A stretch of 64,000 nucleotides of DNA, from contig BCIN01000001.1 in NCBI GenBank assembly GCA_039545335.1, forward strand, positions 2,917,136 through 2,981,135. The letters run 5' to 3'. Every line of letters begins with the position of its first letter. Position 1 is the first letter of the stretch. The translations under genes and the position numbers were made by a program. Shown here piece by piece: positions 50,778 to 64,000 of the stretch. This stretch comes from Kondoa subrosea. Its lineage: Eukaryota. Under the pieces are notes generated by a model. It searched no databases. It had not been told where the DNA came from and saw nothing but the letters and a program-made list of their open reading frames with translations.

Positions 50778-53736
50778 ATGCAAGAAGCTCAAAATGATGA
50801 TAGAGAAGACGAAAGAGCTCCAGCGAAACGTCAGCGGGCAGAAACGAGCAGTGATGGTACTAATTTCCGCAAAAAGTCTGATCTACATCCCCTCTATATC
50901 CCCCGATCTGCGCTAACTAGTCACTTGCCTCTTTTCCAGGAAGCGCAATAGGACAATGCAGTCGTGCTTGCAGGTCCGTCTTTTGGGTATCGGACTTACG
51001 TCGATTCTAAATATCTGATCGCAGTGCCACGTATTGAAGCGCAAATGTGATCGCGGCAGACCCTGTTCAAGATGCATCGCAGCAGGAGTAACGGGAAAGT
51101 AAGTGCGATCCGAAGAGTCGTTTATGTTACAGCTCATTTCGCGATCTTAGCTGTATCTATGAAGTTCAAGACCCAAAGTACGAGGCTCTTGCGATACCAG
51201 CAGCTTCACTAATATATGCCTCAGTGCCGCTCAATCGAACACGGACGAAACTACTCTTCTGCGAAATAGAGTAGCAGAATTGGAAGCGTAAGTCATTGAC
51301 ATGCTTTTTTTCATGTGGAAAATGAGTCTTTCGCTGGCTTACAGGCTCGTACGTCAACTCAAGAACAGACCAGATCCCAAAGGTCCTTCTCTACTCGACA
51401 ATGCACCGAAATCGTCTCCGCATTCACCAGTCGAAGGTCTGATCAACAGCTTCAAGACACCTCTTCTTGGACCTGTAGCTAGTACAAGTACTACTGTACA
51501 CTCTCCTCCCCTTTCGATGCTACAGAATATACCTGAACCAATCAAAACAACAAATTTTCTGCCAATGGTATTCTCGCAACTTGATCGAGAGGGCAGTGAG
51601 ATCTGCGTTTCTGCTACTGGTGCTCCGTTCATTATCGATGCTGTAAGGAGGTAAACCAATGTAGTGCCAGGCAGCTGATAGAGGTGTCCAGATTAATCGA
51701 AAAGCAGAAGGAGCAATCATCTCACCTGAAATTTGCTATTCGAAAGGCGACGAGCCATCAGTCTTTACATGGAAGGGTGAGAGAGACCTGCATTTGGCCG
51801 CGCAACAAGCTGTAGGAATGTTACCACCATTTGCTGATGCATTGCGGTCAGCCAACTAACTTTTCGTTGGGATAGATAGGCTGATACAAGTTTGATAGTC
51901 TCTTCACCACATTTTCTCAAGAAGTTGATTCAGTATGGTGCGGTTGGCATTCACCTACTCTGCAGAATCATTGCAATCGATTCCTTCAGCAAATCAAGAC
52001 AGAACAAGCAGAAGATCCTACTCATCTAATCCTGGTATTGGCTGTACTGGGTCTAGCTACTCTCTTCTCACCTACTGCACCTACAGTCCCATCTGCTGAG
52101 CTGCTCTCCGCACTGGGTTTTTCACCGGCTGGCCTGGTTGAAACTCAGTACCGATCTATTTCAGCAGTAGCTTACATGTCTGCCTCCATCTATCTGCTCA
52201 ACAATCTCGATCAAGCAGAATCATCAACGATTCAATGTCTCCAAGCTGATCTTATGTGTGGTATCGCTTTGTTCAGCTTAGGCGCCAATGCGGTCTTTCA
52301 TCGGCACATGTCAACGTTGATCAAGAAATGTCAAGTGATTGGTCTTCATGTAGATCCAAAAAAGAGTTCGGCGGGTTTGCTAAGTCCACTGCAAATGGAA
52401 GAAAGACGTCGACTCTGGTGGACGATTCAGTCACTTGATTGTTTCTCTTGCGTTTGTGCTGGATTACCTGTCTCCTCAACTTCTTCAGATTGTGATTGTG
52501 AGTTTTCGCGAATGTTCGCAATGTCGTTTGAATCTCAATATCGCATCAAAGTACCGCAAGATCGATCGGATCAAAGCTTGCTTGGGTCGCCAGTCTCTTC
52601 CACGGCTCCTCTTCTGCCAAAAGAAGGCATTACAGCAATTAGCTATTCAATTTATGCAATGGAGCTTGCGCTATATGCGAAAGAAGCAAAGAGTATGATG
52701 AAAGATACGATCTGGTCCTGGGGTAGCCAAGGGAGAGAAGCGATGCCGACGTTTGATGAAGCGATGAGATTGGCGGTAAGTAAGAAAACATGTTACTGAC
52801 AGCAGCTGATGCATTTCTTTTCTCACAGGAGGCGATCGCAGCTTGGAAGAGTCATATCCCTGCTACCTTATCGCTGGGTGAGAGGCGTAGCTTATGACTG
52901 CAACGAAGCTAAAATCGAGTAGAATTAGCACCCATTCTTGGCAAAAGACCACCTTCTCCTGGTCGAAAGCCCACCTCTTCTCAATGCTTAGAGGCTCGCT
53001 CGCCAATCCTTCAGCAGCAAACTTTACTTCTCACTATGCAAACAGCAATGCTTCTACTTGTAATTCATCGACCATGGTTGCCTACATCCAAAACCGGCTT
53101 CATATCGCCTACCGAGGAATTTGCTGAACGAGAATGCTTATCGTGAGTCGGGCAGTGTACACTCGTGAACAGGCTTACCTATGTCTTATCAGAGCTGCGC
53201 ATACCATTGTCGTATGCATGGAACACCTTTACCGACTGCAGCCAAACGCTGTCATCCTTCGATCTGCTCATCTTTGGTCTTGGCTATATTCTGCTTCGCT
53301 CTGTATAGCGTACCTCGCTATTCTAGATCAAGGCAAACCTGCACCGCCCTTGATGGACAATTTCAGATCTACTATCAGATTATTCGGTTCAGGAGCAAAT
53401 GGCGCTGATTTCCCACCGATTTGCGAGAACTACGAAAGCAGTCTGATGGTAGTTCAACGACTGTTGGAGTAAGCTACCACTTAAAATATAGATTTCCTGC
53501 TGACGTCGAGCAGATCTCTTCTGGTCAGCAACGTCTTCACAACGGAAGTGATGCCTCGATACAGAGAACCAGAAGGACCACCTCCTCCTCACATGCTATC
53601 TTCTTCCGGTCCTCCTCTTTATCCTTCGTCCAGTTTCCCACCAACGCAATACTTCGAACCTCCTCATCCCTTCGAATCTCACCTGATCCAACAAAGACCA
53701 AGCTTCGCAAGAGCAGTGTCAAGTTTCTGTCCATGA
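50778..53736 (+). CDS. Zn(II)2Cys6 fungal transcription factor
   Basis: SCLQ/CHVLKRKCDRGRPCSRC...CIY. Fungal_trans motif IGLHVDP...EERRRLWWTIQSLD. Confidence 0.88.
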
Positions 53737-53884
53737 CGCGCGCAGAAAGGATAGGTATATAGTGCTGATGCATTACTACTGCTCGCTAAACGAATTGCGA
53801 AATGTACATACAAAAGGGTGACCCAATAACCGTTACAAGAAACCTCTGTACAATATCCCGAAACTCATGCAATTAGATTCTTCA

Positions 53885-54166
53885 TCAATGTTCGCTCTCT
53901 TCATCAGTCTCGTCTGACTTTGACTTTGACACTCTCATTTCATCTTTCGCCTGAGGCGGTAGACCTAATATCTTCCTGCTCTTATCATTCGCTTGTACAC
54001 CCAGTATCTTTGCAGCTTTAGAGTTCCCATGTAATTGCTTAAAAGTATCTTCATCTCTTGACAACCTCTGTTCATCGTCATCTGACCCTTCCTCGCTCAA
54101 TATGTCTTGGTCTATGTCTTGATCCAGCGCCGAATAATCGTTATGTTGTCCTAATCTTATGCCCAT
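53885..54166 (-). CDS. Small acidic hypothetical protein (93 aa, single exon)
   Basis: Clean ATG-to-stop ORF with protein-like composition and an internal KxxKILG repeat. Confidence 0.45.
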   Translation of the reverse strand: MGIRLGQHNDYSALDQDIDQDILSEEGSDDDEQRLSRDEDTFKQLHGNSKAAKILGVQANDKSRKILGLPPQAKDEMRVSKSKSDETDEESEH

Positions 54167-54499
54167 GCCGCAGCAAGAATGGAAAGCGCGTCCTATACAG
54201 ATTTATTGCATGAGCTTTGAGAACATCAACAAGGAATTGGACTCGCGGGTACTGGCGCAGTCTTGAAGTATACCGTCCAAGAGCCCGATACACGTGCTAG
54301 CAGCTACAGCGCAGATAGACTCCATCGTGTATTTTGGTACAGAACAACAGCGAAATACATTACGCGGACTGATGACAACTTGGGCAAGGTCAATCCGTTT
54401 TGTCGCGTTTTGTCGCGATATATACGGGGACAAGAGTGTGCGTCTGAAAAGAGGTGATTACAATCTATGCTCTAATGTTACACGGACAGACGAAAGATG

Positions 54500-56958
54500 C
54501 TATACAGCCATGAACGCTTCAGGCGGTATTTGACTCGAAACAGCTGCGAAGTCTTTTGCATGACATTAGCATCTTATCACAAGAACGAGGCACATTATAC
54601 AACTCACTGCTTAGTGCTCGTTCCAAAGACCACTCTGATTCCGCTAGGCATTGCAGGGCGAAAGTTGGATTGAGTTTGGTCGTTGTTTGAAGTTGTACAA
54701 GCATCGCTTGCTGCTCAGGTGACTATTGGTAGATCATTAGCCTAACTCACAGGTCATGCGTCGATGAATGCGACATACTAATGCGGGCGCAGCGGCAGCA
54801 GATGGAATTTGAGATGGACCAGCAGCAGGAGTTTCAACAACATTGATAGCGTCTTCTGCCCAGGCTTTTGACTCTGTATAGTTGCGCACCATCCAGTTCT
54901 CCGTCAGTACAACGCAAGGCCAGCCATTTGCTTGTGCTCTGTCAGCTTTAACTTATCAGCGCCATGACCTGATGGTAGATTATGACTCACATTGACCCTG
55001 CTGGTGCAGGAGCTAGTACCCATGTCCTGTCAAAGGATCGTACTCCCTTGCCCGGCTCTGCATAGCATCGTCAGCAAGCTTGAAAATGAAGAAGAATATG
55101 AACCTCACGCTCAAGCAGTTCACCATGTACTATTACAAGCAATGTCGGACTACCATCAGACAGAACATTCGGTTGCTGCATTGCATCGACGATGAACTTT
55201 CCCGGTTCTGTTAGTGGATGCGAGGTACCAGGTAAAGAAGCGATCATATTGATAATCTTCTCCGATCCAACGTGTAAAGCAGCATTGACTTCGTCTGTCA
55301 AGAGAACATTTGATTTAGCAATGGAGCTTGCATATTCGAATGTCCGACTAACCTTGTACTGCCGCTATTGAATTAGCACCGATCGCTTTCACGTTCCGAC
55401 TCTTATCGAAATAAGCTTTCCAGTGTAATTTAGTTTGATTTGGTAGATCTGCGACTACTTTGCTGTTCCAACTTCGATGGGGTATCTTGGAATTGGTAGT
55501 CATTGAGAATGTAGAGGTAGGTAAATATACTTGAGCTAAAGCTGATCGATCAGAATCGAAAAGAGCGAAGAATCTGCCAGGTTCAGCGTCAGAGATTGCA
55601 AGTCAGCAAGCAAATAGATCTACTGACTTGGTAAGAAAAGCTGCCACAACTTCTTGACTTTCATCCGCCAAACCAGGTTTCATTCCCAAGGGAAAAGCGA
55701 CCGGTTTCTTCAAACCAGAACCAAGGGGTGTTGATTTAGGTCGAGCCACAGGTTTTGGTGCTGCAGTAGGTTGAAGAGCTATTCCATCCAATGCTGAAAG
55801 TGTCGGGAATCGTCGTGCGAGTTCACTTGAAAGCAAACATCAGCAATGTTCCCTGTTTGGACGAGCCAAACTAACCTAGTGTATGCTTCAAGATTTCCAG
55901 CTATCAAAGCTTCTTCTCGCAAAGGGTTGCCCTCCAGTAACAATTCTCTCAAACAACCAAAGCCTGCACTCTGATCTTCTGGTGCTATCGATGCGAGTAC
56001 TTTGATGTCTGATATTTGGTTGTTTTTCAATGACAGGTTTTCGAGATTGGGCAGAGCATGCACCAGGGCGGGCATTGCAAGATCGACGAGGTTCACCAAT
56101 TTGTTGTTGGCCAATGATAGAGATAGAGTCTAATTTAGCCTTCCAATCAGAACAAATCAGATTGTTCACTCTCATTATGACTTACACCAGGAAAGTATTG
56201 AGACACGAGCTTCCACATAGCTGGCGCTGCTTGAGTTCGCGTGCCATGTTTCTGCCCAGGCGGTACCAAGTTGTTTTTGGTGAAAGCTTCATCTTCCGCC
56301 AAGTTCTGCCACAGCATGATCAGCTAACACAAGATGACTTGGTACATGTCGGCTCACTTCCAAGTTCAGAAGCTTAGTAGCAGAGTCATACCGCTTCTCC
56401 AGGAATTCCTTCAATATTGATATAGCACCTTTCGAAGGTGAAGCAAATGTTCTGGCGGCGGTTCGAGGCATGCTTGCGCTTCTTGGAGCACCACGTCTTG
56501 CCATTTTGATAGGAAGCTGCAGAGGTGCAAAAAGGGCGGAAGGAACAAATCAGCTTGCTACATTCTTGACACTTGCGATTTTGCGGAATTCGAGGAGACG
56601 ACGTAGCCAGTATATATGCTTAACATTCCAGCATTCCACATCCCACAGATATACATACACACAACACACAGGAAAGAGAGAGATGGGAACAGAGCCTTAC
56701 CCTAGAAGTGCTAGCTCCTGCATCAGAGTTGGCTCGATGTAAAGGATCTGCCCTGAGATTGCTGGTGCTTCGACTGCTTCGTGTCTTTTTGCCAGCTGAA
56801 GACGATTCTCCCATTGCCACGTCCCCATCATCGTTTGCTTTGCCTCTTCCAGATGGTCCTCCTCCTCGAAATGCACCTCGCTTGACGAAACGCCCTCTGC
56901 TAGGTCTACTGCCACTGTCTGCAGCAGGTCCTGTAGGTATCGACTCTACAGCAGCCAT
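54500..56958 (-). CDS. MEX67: mRNA export factor Mex67/NXF1
   Basis: FLEKRYD...LLNL, LRRs (SISLANNKL, LPNLENLSLKNNQI, LRELLLEGNP, RFPTLSALDG), NTF2-like domain (LVIVHGE), TAP-C (FALQCLAESEWSLERAL...IPPEAF). Confidence 0.92.
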
Positions 56959-57094
56959 GGGTATATAGGTTGTGACTTCCGTGGTTTGGAACAAACGGAA
57001 CCAAGTTGAAACTCAAATGTCAATGTCGAGAAGAAGGGTGTGCGAATGCAAATGGATATGATGTCTAAGATCTCTGTCTCTATGTATGCTTTCA

Positions 57095-60297
<3,203 letters not shown>

Positions 60298-60551
60298 CCA
60301 AGCAAGGTGGATTCCAAAAGACCATATGTCTTGCAGAATGCATTTTGACGCAGAAGAGTGGCTACGCACTTAAGTCGCTCTGTCCGCTAATTTGTAATGT
60401 TCGAGGCACAGCCGAAGTACAATTGAATCTCTTATTACTACTATTGAATTACTTCTTCGACCAAATGAAAGCTCCTTGATGATCGCCCGAAGAACTCCCT
60501 AAAGAGAACGCTTGCGAAATGAGAGAAGGCGAAGGTGACTTTCGCAATACA

Positions 60552-61944
60552 TCAGCTGCATCTTATCAAGTATGACCTAAGACTCACTGAAGATCTAAGC
60601 TTCTCTTCCGAATCTGGCTTGTCTACGCGTCGCATCTCTTTCTCTCGCCGTATTGGGGGAGGGGTCGGTTTGTGCATCGCCGGATAACCGAATTGTAGAT
60701 CGCCTGAAGATGGTCGCATATACGCTTGAGCAGGTGGATAAGTAGGGGCAGGTAAAGCAAAAGATTTCTCTTCCTGCAGAGCATTCAGGTTCTCATCAAT
60801 CAGATACAATTGCGCATACATCGTAATTATTCTCGATTGGTTTGACACGTGTTCCAAAGCCATCTGAAGTGTAAGGCAAATCATTCGAAGTCCGCTGTGG
60901 TAGATCCGTTCGGTTGTTTAGCAGAGTAAGCATTGAGATTTCGTGCATTCGAGGCGTAACAAAGGCGAAGATCACATATACTAGCGTATCTGGCGAACCG
61001 ACAAAGGTTGCAAGATGGACGATGGCAACTATCGAGGTTGCCAAGTTGTATCGCACAACATTGATAACGATTTGTCGTACTGACAATAATAATGAGCAGT
61101 GGTCTCAATGCAGAGGAGTGAAACGTACGTCGATGCGTCGCTTGTGAGGTATTCTTTGGTGCCCAAACAGCTTTGCGCAGGTACCAACAATGTGAAGCCA
61201 GGACTAGAAGATCGCCCAAAGCTGCTGCTATGAGCTGTGCGATGAAGCCGCCCTCGTAGTCGTGGAATCGACCAAAGAATTTGAGCTGAAATTCCTTCCT
61301 GAAGTCACCATGAGCATTGTTGATAAAGCGAAGTCAGTAAACCTACACTGTAACACTAATTCCAAATCCGAGCTGAATCACGGCGCATGCTACGATAGTC
61401 CAAGGTACCTATCAAACAAATAAGCCGTATACCTATTGGTTAGTCACTTCTGGCTCACGTATAGCCTTCTGCCAGCGACGATGTAAGAACGATAGGCGAA
61501 GAGCGACAGAACAATAGCGACAGAAGTACATTGGAGCGCCGAATGTATTGCGACTAGTAGTAAAATTAGTACCCTAGTACGCCATATTTGCAAGCTCAAT
61601 CTGCCTTACTCTGCCAATCCGTCGTAAGCAAAGCTAGGAAGTTACCGAATCCAGTAATGATATAGCTATAGCTGCCTGTTATGATGCATATAGTGTCGGT
61701 GAGATTGATCACTGCCACAGCTGCCACGGCAATCTTATATTTTAGGTGATCTTGTCTGAACGAATGGAAATAGCTGAAGGTTTGGTATATCGCACATCCA
61801 GTAAGGCATAGATTAAGTACGAAGCCAACATACACCGCGCCAACTGTAAATGACTGATAATCAATCAACGTGTGCTGGCATAAAAAGCTTTCACGAACGG
61901 GTGTTGTCCAGATTCACGCCAAGTGGGTTGGATCTAGATGACAT
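60552..61944 (-). CDS. Basidiomycete multi-pass membrane protein (DUF6534-like)
   Basis: LDNT.GAVYVG..LNLCLTG...QTFSYF..F.QD, QSLFAYR, GDLLVLAS..WYL, INVVRYNLATSIVA, PRMHEISMLTLLNNR. Confidence 0.75.
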
Positions 61945-62401
61945 TACTAGAGTCGTCGCCGGCGAAGCTAGATTTTGTGCTCAAATAGATATCGATTTGC
62001 GAAGCAGTAAAAAACGCTCGCCAGATTGCAGCGATGTGGTGTTGTGAATGAAGAGGAAGAATGGACAACAGAGAAGAAAAGCAGAGACATGAGCACACGA
62101 TCAATTGAACAGCACGGACATCACGCGAGGAAGATTTATCAAGAATTCATGAGTAAGTTGGAAGTTCTGAGGTCCGTGAGACAGTGGACATGAAGAAGGC
62201 TTTTTCTTGTTTCAAGAGTCAGCAGCAGTGCTGAAGTCTGCATAGGTCGTCGATTTGAGTCAAGATCATACACTGGCAATATCATTACATTTGAAGCAAT
62301 CAGGCCACGGACAGAGTATATAGCTTTGAATACAGCAAAAGGAGAGAGATATATCGCTGGCTTGCTCTAATTCGCACAACGCCGGCAATCCTGCTGTTCT
62401 G

Positions 62402-64000
62402 TTACTTTCCATCGGAACATTCTTCCTTGTCATCGCGTACTTGATTCAGCTCGAGTTGTACTACAGAGTCCAGGACAGCTACGCGACGGCTCAAACCATT
62501 ACAGGTCTCATGAGGAATAGCATATTGCGGCTGTAAAGGCACATCAGCACGAAAACGACATCAGCTGACCTCAAGGACGTACAGGATAGCGGTTTTCGTT
62601 CGACAACTCTTTTTCGTCGGGATAGTCCACATGTCTTGCTATTGAAGTACTGATAGACACTCCTTGAGGTGTGAAAGATTGAGTTTTCGCTCTTCTCATG
62701 GGTTGAAGCGAGCGATAAGCGAGTATAGCATTGACAGGCACACCTACAGAAGCGAAGATGTCTAGAGTCAGGTGTCAGTGATAACGTGATATACTGCCGT
62801 AAGAAAGCTCACACATAGCCAATAAAGCGATGGTCGTGAAAGTATTTCCATTCTGAAGGACGGAAGTAGTGAAGCAGCCTATCCAGAGCGATATGACCAC
62901 TACATCAAAGATCAGTGGAGCTCGGTCCTCAGCGAACGGCATACCGTAGCCGACAGCAAGTCCAATCACACCGAGAGTTTCAATCTGCATCAATAGGCTT
63001 TAAGTGTATCAGCTTCGTCGGTCACACGGTCTTCTGAGAGAGAAAGCTGACTATGAGGACTTCAAGCTATATAGCTTCGATCGATTACCGATAAGGTAAG
63101 TCTCGTAATTGCGAAGTTGAGACCGAATAGTTTGGATGTACAACAAAGCAGCAGGTAGGAAGACAAGGGTCTGAACAATTTGCAGAGCGGCATAAGTCGC
63201 ATAGAGATCGCTGTCTTATGATCAGTCAAAGACATTGATCGATGGGAGAAGCCTACCGGACTTTTGGAATCAAGCGTGGTAAACTAAAAGCGTATTTCGT
63301 CAAGGCTGAGAATACCAATAGTCGGCTCTGCTTCTACCGCTGACCGATGGGAGCACTTACGAGCGAGCCATAGAGGGTTGAAAGCGAATGGATCTCCTGC
63401 TGACCACGAACTAATAGCCGGTTGTGACGCAATGCTGAGGTGATTGAAGTGATTCAGAGTAAGCTGCATCTTTGCCGTGCTGAAATAGTACAAAGTGATT
63501 ACGCTAAGTTATTCCTTAGCGTAACATTCTGTGCTCGAGACTGAGCAACCGTACCAGATATTGTGCACTATATAACCAAAGGGGAACAAAACATTCAGCC
63601 AAAGAGGAGAAATATTGCCAAACCAAGATCGCCGACGCTTCGTACCGGAATTTGACGCAGTATAGGAACTAGATAGAGCATAGGCAACAGCACAACCCCC
63701 TAGTACAATACATAAGCCAATGACTCGAGCTGGGCGTGGCACACACAAGTCTCAGTCCAGCAGCAATTAAGGATTTGGGGCCAGATCAATCCTTGCATAT
63801 ACTGCCAAGCTAAAGCGCCTTTGAGCTCACGTTGATCAGACAAGATCAGAAAGCTTACGAAGTGGTGAATGTCTGAAATAGTATCCTCTCACCATCAAAA
63901 GATTTGAAGGAATTACCAAGGTGAAATATATCGTAGTGAAGCAAGCCAACAACAGCTATCGTAGTAAATTAGAAGGCATCACTTGGTCGAAGACTAGGCT
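62402..64000 (-). CDS. Orphan multi-pass membrane protein, paralog of 7933-10304 (5' end outside window)
   Basis: YMQGLIWPQILNCCWTETWG, WLNVLFPFGYI, SSWSAGDPF, AALLYIQTIRSQ and QIETLGVIGLAVGY align with the 7933-10304 protein. Confidence 0.7.

Overview
Gene-dense eukaryotic DNA, read as a basidiomycete fungus, probably Pucciniomycotina. It has many ~45-60 nt GT-AG introns with CTRAY branch points, so the ORF track only shows exon fragments. I spliced genes by eye, so boundaries are approximate. Most of the window is housekeeping: NOB1, CLC1, NoxB, ARB1/ABCF2, a SIS isomerase, THI80, an FHA protein, CFIm25, NC2-alpha, SNF1, a cytochrome b5-fused desaturase, GPN1, an F-box protein, DID2, an FG-nucleoporin, a Zn2Cys6 factor, MEX67 and mitochondrial EF-G. 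The 3-18 kb region is accessory-like. It holds a bacterial-type QorB oxidoreductase, a secreted Ser/Thr-tailed isochorismatase-fold protein lacking its catalytic triad, an orphan multi-pass membrane gene with a paralog at the window end, and an A-B-A' rearrangement. In that rearrangement a ~2.2 kb block (a bidirectional promoter plus the 5' ends of the membrane gene and a USP deubiquitinase) is duplicated around a 3.15 kb insert. Each copy keeps one gene intact and truncates the other. The insert carries an intact orphan gene and a DUF2231-like fragment that could splice in frame onto the truncated USP. Other leads are a UGUA cluster in unusually long CFIm25 introns and a long MEX67 intron. 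No rRNA, tRNA, CRISPR or transposase was recognised.
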